64,000 nucleotides of DNA, taken from positions 414,279 to 478,278 of the forward strand of contig BCKQ01000001.1 of the NCBI GenBank assembly GCA_001600695.1, in the 5' to 3' direction. This stretch comes from Ascoidea asiatica JCM 7603. Taxonomy: Eukaryota > Fungi > Ascomycota. Made by a program: the position numbers and the translations under genes. Positions within the stretch are counted from its first letter, which is position 1. Every line of letters starts with the position of its first letter. The notes under the pieces were generated by a model. The model was not told the DNA's origin, searched no databases, and saw only the letters and a program-made list of their open reading frames with translations. Shown one piece after another: positions 14,001 to 26,457 of the stretch.

Positions 14001-17000
14001 TCTTGATGGTCTCTTTTGTCTTAGTAAATAGTTCCATCTCTGTACAAAATGTCTTGATATATCTCTTGCAATTTGACCAGCTGTAAACATATGAACATCA
14101 TGCCAAGGCATTCTTGGAGTATTATTCCTATCATACATAGATTCATAAGGTTTATTTAAATCATAAAAATCTTTAACTCTTGGATTAGAGTAATCTTTAC
14201 CTGGGAAAGTTTGCCATTTCGCATTTTTTAGATCTTTAGGATTCATGTTTTCAAAATTAGTTGCAAAATCATACGGAGAATCATCAGCCAAAACATGATC
14301 AGGAGTATCGTATCTACCAAAACATAAATCAATTCCACCTAAAAATGCATATGTATGATCAATAATTAACAATTTTTCATGATGAGCCCAAAAAAATGTG
14401 TTTTGTAAAAACTGGTTTGGTGATCTCATAACTCTTATATTATCATGAAGATCCATTAAAGAATGTTTGGTCCAGAGAGAATCTGTAATTACAAAATCTC
14501 CAAGATTTCTGTATACGATAATAAAAATCTTCACACCTTCTTCGGCTTTCTTTTTAAGTAAACGATCAATTCTGAAATCTTGATTGGCATTTCCTGGTCT
14601 TCTTAGGTATAATTCTGGAGTTAACCACCAATCATGAATATAAATCACATCCTTTGCCATTAAAATAGCTGTAGATGCAGCCCAGAAATAATCTCTTCCA
14701 TCAACAAACCATTGAGCAAAACAGTCTTTACGAACTGGAGCAAACGAATTAAATCTATGATTTTGAGACCATATAGTTTTTTCTTTCATTAAGTTTATTG
14801 ATTTAACCCAGACTTTTAATTGCTTTTCAGAAGTTGCAAACATTTTCAACTTACGTTCCGAATTTTCTAGTGAAATTGTAAAATGAAGAGCAGCTTTTTT
14901 AATGTTCTTTTTTGCTTCACTACGAGCTCTTTGGATTTTCTTTTTTGCATTTTTATCTCCATCTTCCATAAAATCATCTTCTGAATCACTTGATCTATAA
15001 TTTTCTTCATCACTCAGAGTTTCAGTCAGAGATTCACCATCTCCGGAGTATTTTATTTTGAAATCAAAATCAATTAAAAAGACATCTAATGGAGTGGTTG
15101 AGTTAATATCAGCAGTATACATTATATAAGAATTTCTTACCAAAAACCATTTAGTAGTATGACGTTTATACATTTCTTTGAAATCTCTAAATTTGAAATG
15201 AGATACTCTCCAACCTTGAGTTTTAGCACTAGATTGAATATATAAAGGTCCTTGTTTTCCAATAAATCCTGTTTCATATGATAATAGAACACTGATTGGA
15301 GATAATTCATAAAACTGGAATAATCTATTTGATTGAGGTCTTAAACTTAAAGCCCTGTTAACTTCATTTAAATATTTCTCCATTTTTTTACCATAATACT
15401 GAGGATCGTTAAATAATTGCAGAGCAGCAGCATTTTCAGCAGGGTGATTATGAACATTTTGATGAAGATTTTCTTTTATATTGGATATTCTGGAAGATAT
15501 ATGATGAAGGTGATTTCTGATACTATTTCTAGAATTGACCGAAGAAAGAGTGGCTATGTCACCACTACTAGAAGAAGACGTGGTTGCTGAAGATACCAAT
15601 GACGATAAAGATCCAAGATCAGGTTGTGGATGATTAATTTCTTGAGAATTATGATTTTGATGTGACAGAGATCTTCTCATATCAGAAATGGAAGAAATTT
15701 CGTCGTTTACGTTCTTAGTAGCTGGATTATGAGAAACCGTATTTAATTGTTGAGAACTAATTTTAGGAAATTTAGGTAAAATAGGTGGTTTATAACCAAG
15801 TCCAAATGCATTATTTGGAACAAAAGACATTTTTAGTTTTTGTTGCATATTTGAAATTTCTTTATAATCTTTGATTACAGCCCATTTGGTTCTCTCTGGC
15901 CCAACACCATATTCTAAGAAAATCTTAAATTTTCTATTTTTAATGAATTTGAATTTGAGTTCTTCAGATTTTTGATTATTATTTGTATTATTGGCATTAT
16001 TGATATTAGCTGAACCGTTTACTTCTGGTGGAATATTATTAGTATTATTAGGATTGTTGATAATATTATTTATATTTTCATTCTCAATAGTAATATTATT
16101 ACTTGTTACTAAATCATCACCTTCATGAGTTGAAGAAGGACGAATTTCAGCACCATTTATTCCTAATGGAACTTTTTGATGAGAGTATTTTGATTTTCTT
16201 TTTTTAATATATTCATTTGTTATATCAACAACTTGAACACTTAATAATGATAATAATAAAGGAGCTCTTTTTGTTTCATGTTCATCATTTAAAAATACAC
16301 TAAATGCAAATAAAGAAGCAGGACAACCTGATAAAAGAGTATTAATTAATAAATTTGCTCTCTTTTGTGCTAATAAATCATTAAAAATTTCATGTTCTGT
16401 TTTTGTAATAGCAGATTTTCTTTTCAATATTTGCTGTTGTAATAAAGAATTTTCCTGAGTGAGTAAGCCATCCAAATCTTTCTTTTTACCGAATTGTAGC
16501 AAGGTTTGTCTAAAATCTTTCCATTTATGTAATTGATTTTCATCATTAGAAAGTATAGGAGAATTCATTGGAGAATCAGGTAAATTTTGATTTTGGTTTT
16601 GATTTTGATTTTGATTCTGCATAGTTGAAGTAAGTTTTGATAATCTTTTTTTCCAATTTGACTCCTCAATTTCAAGATTTGGATTAAGAAAATCAATATT
16701 ATTATCAGGTATATATTTTTCTTCTTTTTCTATACCATTTTCATTTAAAGAGTTATTTTTTTTTTGTTTTAATGATGGAGATTTTAAAGATTTTGCTTTT
16801 TGTTTAAACCTTTCAGATAAATGAGATTTAGATTGATTTTGGTTTGTCTCAATTGTTAAACCTTCAGCTTGAAGTTTTCTTTTAACATCTGGGTCTTCCA
16901 ATTCGGGATAATAAGTTTTTTCACCATTATTTTCAAATGAATTATTATTATCAACATTGATTTCAATATTATTTTCACCATTATCTAAATTATTCAAAGG

Positions 17001-17375
17001 ATTGTAAGAACTCTCACGACTGTATTCATTTTTTCCAACTTGTTCATTTTCAGAAATTTTCAAATTATTTTCATGATTCAAAAAATTTGAAACTCTTGAA
17101 GGAACCATATTTTTATTTGATATAATTTCAGGCTTATCGAATAAATTTGAAGATTTAATTATTTTAGGGTCATTTTTTATTGATGATTTTCTTTTTGAAA
17201 TTCTTCCTTCCTTTGATTTTTCTCTTTTATCATTACTCTTTTTATTATTTTCATTTGATTCAGTATTTAGCATTGAATTAACATGTTTATTAGGTCTTAA
17301 AATTGATCGTGGTTTTCTTATATTCTCATCATTTTCAACATATTTTGCTGAAGAGGAATTGGTAGTTGAATCCAT
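11067..17375 (-). CDS. SPO14: Phospholipase D1 Spo14
   Basis: Two HKD motifs (HHEKLLIID, IHAKILIVD), IYIHDWWLTPELYLRRP, PRMPWHDVH and C-terminal DRLPPLEIYD. Confidence 0.97.
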   Translation of the reverse strand: MDSTTNSSSAKYVENDENIRKPRSILRPNKHVNSMLNTESNENNKKSNDKREKSKEGRISKRKSSIKNDPKIIKSSNLFDKPEIISNKNMVPSRVSNFLNHENNLKISENEQVGKNEYSRESSYNPLNNLDNGENNIEINVDNNNSFENNGEKTYYPELEDPDVKRKLQAEGLTIETNQNQSKSHLSERFKQKAKSLKSPSLKQKKNNSLNENGIEKEEKYIPDNNIDFLNPNLEIEESNWKKRLSKLTSTMQNQNQNQNQNQNLPDSPMNSPILSNDENQLHKWKDFRQTLLQFGKKKDLDGLLTQENSLLQQQILKRKSAITKTEHEIFNDLLAQKRANLLINTLLSGCPASLFAFSVFLNDEHETKRAPLLLSLLSVQVVDITNEYIKKRKSKYSHQKVPLGINGAEIRPSSTHEGDDLVTSNNITIENENINNIINNPNNTNNIPPEVNGSANINNANNTNNNQKSEELKFKFIKNRKFKIFLEYGVGPERTKWAVIKDYKEISNMQQKLKMSFVPNNAFGLGYKPPILPKFPKISSQQLNTVSHNPATKNVNDEISSISDMRRSLSHQNHNSQEINHPQPDLGSLSSLVSSATTSSSSSGDIATLSSVNSRNSIRNHLHHISSRISNIKENLHQNVHNHPAENAAALQLFNDPQYYGKKMEKYLNEVNRALSLRPQSNRLFQFYELSPISVLLSYETGFIGKQGPLYIQSSAKTQGWRVSHFKFRDFKEMYKRHTTKWFLVRNSYIMYTADINSTTPLDVFLIDFDFKIKYSGDGESLTETLSDEENYRSSDSEDDFMEDGDKNAKKKIQRARSEAKKNIKKAALHFTISLENSERKLKMFATSEKQLKVWVKSINLMKEKTIWSQNHRFNSFAPVRKDCFAQWFVDGRDYFWAASTAILMAKDVIYIHDWWLTPELYLRRPGNANQDFRIDRLLKKKAEEGVKIFIIVYRNLGDFVITDSLWTKHSLMDLHDNIRVMRSPNQFLQNTFFWAHHEKLLIIDHTYAFLGGIDLCFGRYDTPDHVLADDSPYDFATNFENMNPKDLKNAKWQTFPGKDYSNPRVKDFYDLNKPYESMYDRNNTPRMPWHDVHMFTAGQIARDISRHFVQRWNYLLRQKRPSRPTPLLLPPADLTPMEINNLGFKGTNEIQLLRSSCNWSLGIKDHEQSIQNAYLKLIETSEHFVYMENQFFVTACAWDNVIIKNRIGDALVDRIIRAHNAGTRWQAVIVIPLMPGFESQVDESEGSSIRVIMQCQYMSISRGQTSIFAKLRKVGIDPDDYIHFYSLRKWGRIGPYRKIVSEQLYIHAKILIVDDRVAIIGSANINERSMRGNRDSEICAIIRDTDTVRIKMGGQPFLAGKFAHTLRVRLMREHLGIDVDVLDLVERRFNQIADLAKTEKGMQAVTLNVNDRDMKIKSSMVELATRDVLNQPNGTSKWKNLQKRINTPILESSINSGKGTYLGRENNKNGSLPMYRSFNSRAGAENAGIRDKKQFSTDSRVQGNANHKQDILGEGGDNMHSRLFKKSKTSAASALQRWAIKAMSDNPKDFFLPNYDQIIEFLEEDGLIDRNDVDITNLDINSLPAENKKIISERDQQKWELLKRISYLQRAAAKMNFQDKEEVQKKKLVNIVSENTSSPLANGTSSQYVENPNSSANQNRTPSFRKPSNSISTPADSVDASDTGSTPIIDTLNVAGVNDELGSSGNIPITHLNDAEVKDLLEKSLENNGFNTFIDPYGFEDPLDESFYDDLWREYALRNTILFRMVFHCQPDDEVLTWADYKKFSELSAVFSLAQDKEEEIRKELNKESLEEETDEGNVDINGNVDVNRTANTENNEMPEKPPKLDRQKTLATIRNSTIININDLKRPDTLIGLPPPDPSLVENTPKKKRGRNSLLGKKRTDLTINVGEAKALKEENEDDDNATRRDSGVTYKRSSKGTPVTMVNDYDYGYDGDDDFAKSEQNRKFSISTSTPDKAEQKTLAESSPEIPILTRNGKPLSNKTSSIRYSDDINGSPFNNSIDNTGSSRRNRRRRRRAGTLGSKLIETFHGERIFDRETAERILSNVQGHLVLFPTEWLSTELDNNNWFTTTDRLPPLEIYD

Positions 17376-18908
17376 TAATTATGGGTAAAAAAAAAAAGAT
17401 TTTGAAAAAATGACAAGAAATTAGATAATGAACAATGATTATTATAATATTTATCAAGTAAATAAACTAAAGGTATTTGATTTAAAGAATGAATAAATAA
17501 CTTAGTGAGTGAATAAATAAAATTAATGAATGAATTAATTGATTAATTTAGTGAATTAGAATATACTAAATTAATGTGAGTAAAAATGGGATATGAAGTA
17601 CAATATTATCAAGAAAATGCCAATGGCTTTGAATTATGAAAAATTATTTTCTTGTGATTGCTTTATAAATGTATTAAATGTATTGAATAATAAAGACAGA
17701 GTAATCAATTAATAAATCAAAATGAATTGAGTTGAGAATATTATATTATATTTAATTAGATCAGATTAGAATATCTTTATTATGATACAGTAGTTTCTAT
17801 TTATATTTAGTATTGTTCTTTAAATTGTTTAAATTGTCATACTTTTTATGAGTGTCTTGTTACATTAAACTTTTATTAAAACAAAACAATAGAAATAATA
17901 TAAATAGACCTCTAGAATAATTATAAGAACATATCAATTAGCAGGAGTGTATATTTATAAGGATTATATTATATTTGTAAATAAATTAAAATAGAATAAA
18001 ATAAAATATAATATAATATAATATAATATTCAATCATTCAATATTTGCCAATATTTACCAATAACAATAACAATAACAATAATAAATTAGAATCCCCCGA
18101 GCAAGATTGAGTACTAAACAATCTTTCTTTTTCTGCCTCTCAGCACCCCTACCCCTTTGAAACCGGGAATGAATACGGCGCTTTATCTGCAGTAGCCACG
18201 CTTAAACGATCAAGGCTTGTGGCTATTACAGTAAGCAATGGCTGACTTTGACTATATAATACCCGCAAAAGAAGGATTATTTACAGTGCTTTAACTGGAC
18301 AATTACGTATTTAATTAAAAGTTACAAGAATTACCAAAATTACAAGAATTAAGAAGAATTAACAGGAATAAACAGGAATTAACAATAATGTATAATTTAT
18401 ATAAACAAAAAAACAGTTTAACTCACTTAATTAGAAAATCACATACAAATATCAGAAGTCAATGAAATAAAAATTTATAAAAACAGGTAAAACTAAAGAA
18501 AAACAGAAACTTTAAGTAAAATGAAAAATAAAATGTTCAGAAAAAGAATTTTAGAATTTTTGCTTATTTAATAAATAAAATAAAAAAAACAAGATAGAAA
18601 AACAGTTGATTGAAGAATCATTTGAAAGAGAAAAAAAAAAATATAAATATATAAATAAAAATAAAAATAAAAATAAAAATAAAAATAAAAATATATATAA
18701 AAGGAAAAGAAACAGAAAATAAAACAAAAAAAACATTATTGGAACCAGTGAATGTTCTTAAATTTTCATTTAAAAAAAAGTCAATAATACGTGTATAATT
18801 CATCATTTAAAAATCATTAGTAAATCTTTGAAATTTTATATAAAAAATAATAGAAAAAAAATTCATTGAAATAAACTTTAAATAAGAAGAATTTTTTTTA
18901 AAGTGATC

Positions 18909-20993
18909 TTAATTAGAAAATTTCATTTTCTTCCTTATAGGTTCTAAACCTTCATTTGATTGATGAATATATTCCTTGCTATGAGGAATTGAAATAGTAT
19001 TTGAGTTATTATTAGAATAAGAATTGTTTTTAATTTCATTAAATCTTAATGATCCAAACCCTATATTTAACATATTTTGAAATTCATTATCATTTATTTC
19101 AATTCCTATAATTTTTCTTAATTCATCTAATCTTTTCAACAATATATCTTCTCTATTTCTACTTATTTTATCAATATTTTCTAATTCCATAATTCTTGTT
19201 TTATATAAATCATTAACCAATTCTAATTCATTTATACGAGTTTTTAAAGCTTTGGCTTCTTTATCTTTTAAATGTATATTAGAATTTGATTGATTACTTA
19301 TTATAGTATTATTTGAATTTTGAGAGATACTTCTTCTATCTATATCAAAGCCAGATATTGTATTATTAGTATCCTTTATTGTTTGATTTTGATTTTGATT
19401 TAAAATAGAACTTTGATTGGTATTTTGTATTTGAGATTGAGGTTGCAATTTCTGTTGAAGTTGTTGATTTTGTATATGGTTTTGAGATGTAGCTTGTGAC
19501 TGAGATTGAACTTGAAGTTGAAATAATGATTGATTTTGATATTGATTTTGATTTTGATTTAGATTAGAATTTTGATTTTGATTTTGATTTTGTAAATCAC
19601 TATTTATAGAACTTGATTTTTCATTTTTAATTATATTATTTTGTGAATTATTTTTTAATCTAAATTTTTGAATCATATTTTGATTATTAATTTGATTGAT
19701 TTTTTGATTCTCTGATTTTATAACATTAGTTTGATTAAATCCAGAAGGATTAGAATTATCTATATTATCTCTATTTTCTATATCATCTCTATTTGTAATG
19801 TACATGTTATTTGAAAGGGGTGAATGACGCTGATTTTGAGAAGGTAATAAAGGTGCATTGATTATATTACCATTATTATTATTATTATTACTATTACTAT
19901 TACTATTACTGTTGTTGTTATTAGTATTAGTGTTATTGTTGTTATTATTGCTATTATTATTATTATTATTATTATTAGTGTTCAAATTATTATTATTATT
20001 GGATCCAAATAAAGGTGGTAATGTTGTACATATTGGTTGAATACGATTATTTTTTGTATTATTGTTATTAATAATATTGGAAATATTAGAAATATTAGAA
20101 TTATTGGGATTATTAGAACTATTCAAAGAAAAATTATCAAGAGGTAAATTACTATGAGAAATATTTTGACTTCTTAAAGAATATTGAGGCCCAAAAGTTG
20201 GAGAAGATATACTAGACATACTTAAACTTTGATTAGAAGAAGGCATTGGTAATTTTATACCATTGGTATTGTTACTGTTATTGATATTGGTATTATTATT
20301 GTTATTATAATTATCATTGGTATTGTTATTGGTATTGGTAATGGTATTGTTATTTGATTTATTTGAAATTTGACTTAAATTGATTATGTTACCATTAAGC
20401 GCTGAAGAAACAGTTGAAGGACGAAAAGGAGGAGTTGAGAATTGATGATTTTGATTTGAAGAAGAAGAAATTGAAGAATTATTTGATTGATTTTCATTTA
20501 ATAAAGAAGAAGGACCAAAAGGTTTATCTCTTATATTTGAAGTATTTGGAGAAGTTTTAGTTGAAGAAGATAATAAAAATTGTAAATTTGAAGAATGTTG
20601 TTGAATATTAGAATTTGTATTAGAATTTGAATTTGAAATTGATTCTAATACACCAGCAGCTTTATGAGCAGATAATGGAATTTTTGGATTTGTTGATAAT
20701 AATAATGGAGAAGTTATTGTTTGTAAACCAGGAGCAAAATGAGTTGGAGTTGAAGAAGGATATTGTAAAGGTTTTGGTAAATTATGATTTGGGAAAATAT
20801 TTGAAGATTGACCCCAAGGATTTGGAGTATGAGATAAATGAGATAAATTTGATAATTTTATATTATTATCATCTCTTGATCTTAAAGGAATTAAACCTGG
20901 AGAATTTGATATTGAAGTTATTGGAGAAGGAGTATTATGATTAACATTTAATAGATTATTTTGATTATTTAAGTTATTTATATTATTGCCACC

Positions 20994-21038
<45 letters not shown>

Positions 21039-22142
21039 TAGATTAGTTGCATTTAATATATTGTTGTTATTATTATTATTCATTTTATTGTTATTATTGT
21101 TGATACTATTATTATTATTATTGGCTGAAATATTTGGTTTAATATTACTAATGTTACTAATAATATTAATATTTTTTGAAGTATTAGGTTTTATATTGTT
21201 ATAAGCACTAGTATTATTACTATTGTTCTTAGTTGAAATGGATGAGTTTAATAGGAGATCCTTATTTTTTGATTTTCTTAATTTTTTCTTAGATTCGGGT
21301 TTGGAGTCTGATTTTGGAGTACTGCCCAGATTTGATTTACTATTTGAATTACTTGAACTTAATGAAGATGAAGATGAAGATGAAGAATTACTTGTATTAT
21401 TTGAATTATTTGAATTATTAGATTGAATATTATTTGAATTTATTGGAGGATGTTTAACTCTATTTCTTGATTTAATAATATCAGTTTTTAAAGATATTGG
21501 TCTTGGTCTACCATGTAATTTTAAAAATAAACCACATGCATTACATAAAACTTGACCAGAATCATCTCTTCTCCATAAAGGAGTTGTTTGAGTTTTACAA
21601 TTACGACAAGTTGGAGTTATAATATTTGATTTTGAAGTTGTTGAACCATTATTTGTAGTTTTTGAAATTGATTTAACATTTGGATGAGAAGGAATTATAT
21701 CATTTAAATCATTATCACTTTTTATTGTTTTAATATTTTTATTAATTGATTTAATTGTTTTATTATTATTATTATTATTTATGTTATTTATGTTATTTAT
21801 GTTATTTATGTTGTTTATGTTATTTAGATTATTTAAGTTATTTAAATTATTTAAAGAAGTTAAAGAATTTGATTTTTTTTGAAAAATTTGAGGAGAAGTT
21901 GATCTTGAAGAATTATTTGATTGGATATAAGATTGATTTTGTTTTGAAAATGATTTAGGTTTAGATTGTAATTGAGATTGTGATTGTGATTGTGGTTGAG
22001 ACTGTGGTGGTTGTACTTGCTGTTGTTGTACTTGTTGGGATTGTACTTGTTGGGATTGTTGTGGTTGAACTTGATGTGGTTGTTGTGGTTGAGATGGAGG
22101 TTGTGGTTGATTTAAAGATATTTGAGTTGAAACTTCATTCAT
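18909..22142 (-). CDS. GZF3: GATA transcription factor Gzf3/Dal80 with long N/Q-rich expansions
   Basis: [50 protein letters not shown] finger plus C-terminal zipper [15 protein letters not shown]; neighbours SPO14 and DID2 as DAL80 does in S. cerevisiae. Confidence 0.93.
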
Positions 22143-22314
22143 TTTTAATATAAAAGTAATATATGTCTCTATGTCTTGATATTTAAACAGAGTATAAATA
22201 TATATGTAAATATATTATATTATGATATTATGTTATTATTATATTATTATATTATTATATTATTATACTATTGGTTAATGATATTATATTTGATATTGAA
22301 TATTTCAAAGATTA

Positions 22315-24090
22315 GATAAAATAGATAAAATAGATAAAATAGATAAAGAAATTAAGATAATAAGTAATAGAGTGTATAGTAAGTATAATAAATAGTATTA
22401 TAAAGATAAAAAAAAATTTTCCTTCTTTTGAGAGATTTTAAAATCTTAGGTCTTTCTTTAATTAAAAAAAAAGGTGAATAAATCAGATTAATATTTTAAC
22501 TTAATATTTTTTAATATAAGTGAATGATTGATAAAATGATTTAAATTATAAGAAATATATGAAAAGTTTTTTTTAAATTTTTTTTATTGATTTAATAAAA
22601 TTTCAAATTAATAATTAAAGTGAAATTTTTTTCAGATGGAGAATATGGAAAATAGAAATGAAAATAAAAAATAAAAATATTTTCAAGAGAATTAAAATTA
22701 AAAATTTATCAGTTTAGGTGAAATTCAATACGAGTAAGAAAAGGAAGTTTTTAGCATTAAGTTACTTTTATCTATTTATTTATCTACTAAGGATAAGATA
22801 ATATAATATGATATTAGATGATTATGATTAAAATATAAGAATATTAAATATGAATATATTCTGGAAAGAATAGTTGAGTGTCGATAGACTGACTGGTGAT
22901 AGTGGTAAATTGACTGATTGACTGATTGATTGATTGATTGATTGATAGTGATAAAGGAGAAGATTAGGTTTCCTGTACTAAAAGTACTAGTTTCTAGTAC
23001 TGAAGGTAAGATAAAGATTAGATAGTGAAAATGATAGTGAAATTATACAAAGAGAGAAGAAGATTTGAGATATGATAAAAGATATGATAAAAGAAATAAT
23101 TATCGATAACTTAAGATATTTATGTGATTATATATTTTATATTGAATCAATCTATATATTTTTTTATATTATATTATATTATATTATATTATTCTTTATT
23201 AATAAATTTACAATAATATATTCAATTATCAGATATTAAACAAACTGACAAAAAAAAAAAAAAAAAAAGTGAGATGAAAAATATCGATAAAAGTGGAAAA
23301 AGTGCATAAAATCAGATTAGAAACTGGAAATTTCCGTTGATTCTTAACATTTTCAAATAATTCTCAGATAATTCTCAGATTAATTCCCAGATTATTCTAA
23401 GGTTGTTTCTTTTGCGTTCTACAACCGATTTGAAAAATTTTTCAAACCCAAAATTTTTTTCCTAAAATTTTCACAACTTTTTCAAATCTTCAAATTTTTA
23501 AATTTTTAAATCTTCAAATTTCATCTGTTTTGGTTTTGTCAGTTTTAAACTCTTAGAACTGGTAAAATGATGAAAAAAGTCAGAAAAGAAAATGAAAGAG
23601 AATACAGATAAACACTTAATCACTTTATCACTTGAGAGAATCTGAACTTGAATTTGAATTGAAACCAGAATCTCCAAGAGAATCTCCAAGAGAAGCAGAA
23701 TCTGAATCAGAAACTTATCGGAATTCATTCCAGTAAAATTTTCACTCGGCTCTCGTCACAGAACTTCACAGAGTTTTCTGGATTTGGTGGTCAGTGAGTG
23801 AATTGGCTAGTAGTTAACAAGTCAGTTAACAAAGTATCGGTATCGGTGCTCTGATCAGAAGAACCACACAAACACTGACAAAAAGATAATAAACACAGAA
23901 AATAATGACCACACAGCTATCTCACTGTCTGCAAGCGATCTTATCGTAGAGACATTCCCCGGTGCATTCAGGACACTTTAAAGCTTACCCGGACCATCTC
24001 TGTGGGACAGCAGCGCCTTGATAAACATCACACGCTGTAAGCACTAACTCGCTTAGTAAGATTGTCCAATCAGCTCGCCGATAAGATAAG
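22315..24090. promoter_or_regulatory. GATAA(G) site cluster upstream of GZF3, plus a Reb1-type TTACCCG at 23985
   Basis: GATAA at 22315, 22324, 22333, 22342, 22356; GATAAG at 22792; CTTATC at 23714 and 23940; GATAAGATAAG at 24080. AT-rich background weakens the 5-mers. Confidence 0.45.
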
Positions 24091-24969
24091 TGCACCTCCA
24101 CAAACACAACTTAGGAGCCAGAGAAACAAGTATCCCATCGGCTACCCGCATGCTTGGCCAGCTGCGTGATCCAACTTCTCGCTGCCTGAAACACAACAAA
24201 AAGTTATCCGACGCATCACATGACTGATTTTTTATTTATTTCTGTGGCCGAGTCCAAGAATCCGGTAGTTTCCAGATACATGGGTGCAAAGCACAATAAC
24301 TTATAAGTACCTTATAGTACCTTTTAAACCACATTGATACATAACACCTAATAAAGTAATTATAGAGTCAACTCAACTCGGTCTAAATATCACGTGTAAA
24401 CCCCAATTTAGGAAATGTTTTTTTTTCTTATTTTACCCAAATGGGTCTCTGTTCTGTCTCTTCGCCACCCTCGGAACTGCTTCTTCTGTTTTGTCTGTTT
24501 TGTCTGTTTTGTCTGCTTAAATGAGTTGATATTAAATTCATAAATTTTGATTGGTTTATTCGTTGCTTGATATTTTTCACTTTTCCTGTTTCCTGCTTCA
24601 ATGTCCAATATGCTTACACCAAAAGTTATTAACTAAACAAAACTCACTGCGGTACTTTCCACTACCACTTTAATACTGCACTGTAGTAGCATTATTACCT
24701 TTACTATTAGCTTCTTTTACTACTATTATCTCCAGTACTCTACTGTTACTATTATTACTATTATTATTATTACTATTATTATTATTATTACGACAATTTC
24801 CGCTACTGTTATTGTACAATATATTAATTAATCCATTATTGTATTAATTAATATATCAAATGAACTTTTGATTTTTTATAATCATTATAGAATTAAACAA
24901 TAAGAATTAAAGATAATAGTTATAATACAAAATAGAATAAAATAGAATAAAATAGAATAAAATAAAATA

Positions 24970-26304
24970 ATGTTTCGTTCTTCTATTACAAACATTTCAA
25001 AACGTTGTTATGCAACAAGTTCTTTAAAACCAACTTATACAACTTTATCAAATGGTTTAACAATTGCAACTGAATCAAATCCATCTTATAAATCTTCTTC
25101 AATTGGTTTATATTTTGGTACTGGTTCAAAATTTGAAAATGCTTATAATAATGGTGTTTCAAATTTAATTTCAAAATTTTTAATTAAAAATAATAAAATT
25201 AATGCTTTAAAAAATGGTATAACTTTAGATTCTTCAATTTCTAGAGAATCAACTGGATTTTTAACTCAAACAAATAATATTGAAAATTCAGTAAAAATTT
25301 TATCTGATTTAATTAAATCTCCTGATTTTAATAATAATAATAATAATGATTTATTTAATTCAATTAAAGATAAAGCTATTAAAGATTCTGAAAATTTTGA
25401 AGAAAATTATCCAGAAATGGTCTTAGAACATTTACATTCTGTTGCTTTTCAAGGTTCTTCATTATCTTTACCAATAAATGGTACTTCTGAATCTTTAAAA
25501 TCTTTAGAATCTTCTGATTTATCTAAATTTTTTCAAAAAAATTATTATTCTTCAAATGCTGTACTTGTTGGTACTGGTAATATTAATCATGAAAATTTAG
25601 TTGAATTAGCTGATAAATTAATTATTTTACCAAATTCTTTACCACAAAAAATTAAACCTGCTTCTTTCTTAGGTTCTGAAATTAGAATGAGAGATGATAC
25701 TTTATCAAAAGCTTATATTTCAATTGCTGTTGAAGGTCCTTCTTATAATTCTTCTGATTTTTATATTGCAAAAGTTGCTTCTGAAATTTTTGGTAATTTT
25801 ATTTTATCTGAACCTTTTTATAAAAATATTGGTGTAAAATTAGCTTCAATTGTTGGTAATAATAATTTAGCTGATTCTTATAAACATTTTTCATTATCTT
25901 ATGAAAATACTGGTTTATGGGGTTTTATTACTGAATCTTCAAATATTGATAATATTGATGATTTAATTCATTTTACTTTAAAAGAATGGAATAGATTATC
26001 AATTTCAATTACTCAAACTGAATTAGAAAGAGCAAAATCTTTATTAAAAACTAAAATTTTATATGATTTAAATTCTCCAATTGATATTAATAAAATAATT
26101 GGTAATAGAATTGTTTCTCATGGTAGATCTGTTTCTGTTGAACAAATTTATAATAAAATTGATTCAATTACTTTAAATAATCTTAAAAATTGGGCTCAAT
26201 CAACTTTATATGATAAAGATATTGCTGTATCTGCAACTGGTCAAATTGAAGCTTTATTTGATTATAATCGTCTTCGTAATGATATGTCTATGATGAGATG
26301 GTAA
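24970..26304 (+). CDS. COR1: Cytochrome bc1 core protein 1 (Cor1/Qcr1)
   Basis: Mitochondrial presequence, M16 peptidase-like fold without HxxEH, FLGSEIRMRDDTL and C-terminal DYNRLRNDMSMMRW. Confidence 0.96.
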   Translation: MFRSSITNISKRCYATSSLKPTYTTLSNGLTIATESNPSYKSSSIGLYFGTGSKFENAYNNGVSNLISKFLIKNNKINALKNGITLDSSISRESTGFLTQTNNIENSVKILSDLIKSPDFNNNNNNDLFNSIKDKAIKDSENFEENYPEMVLEHLHSVAFQGSSLSLPINGTSESLKSLESSDLSKFFQKNYYSSNAVLVGTGNINHENLVELADKLIILPNSLPQKIKPASFLGSEIRMRDDTLSKAYISIAVEGPSYNSSDFYIAKVASEIFGNFILSEPFYKNIGVKLASIVGNNNLADSYKHFSLSYENTGLWGFITESSNIDNIDDLIHFTLKEWNRLSISITQTELERAKSLLKTKILYDLNSPIDINKIIGNRIVSHGRSVSVEQIYNKIDSITLNNLKNWAQSTLYDKDIAVSATGQIEALFDYNRLRNDMSMMRW

Positions 26305-26457
26305 TTAATTTTATTCTTTTTGTCATATCAACTACTCATATATATATATATATAAGTATTATAATTATTATCTTTAATGTCACAAGTATCTTATATATTC
26401 TCTTTGTTTATAAATTATAAAACACTTACATTTTTTCAGTAAATTTAAATTAATTAT

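Noticed and set aside
19858-21958. Poly-Leu/poly-Tyr ORFs antisense to GZF3, and similar shadows of SPO14, MIC60, the RasGEF and ZIP3
   Set aside because: Antisense or alternate-frame shadows of AAT/GAT repeats within real genes.
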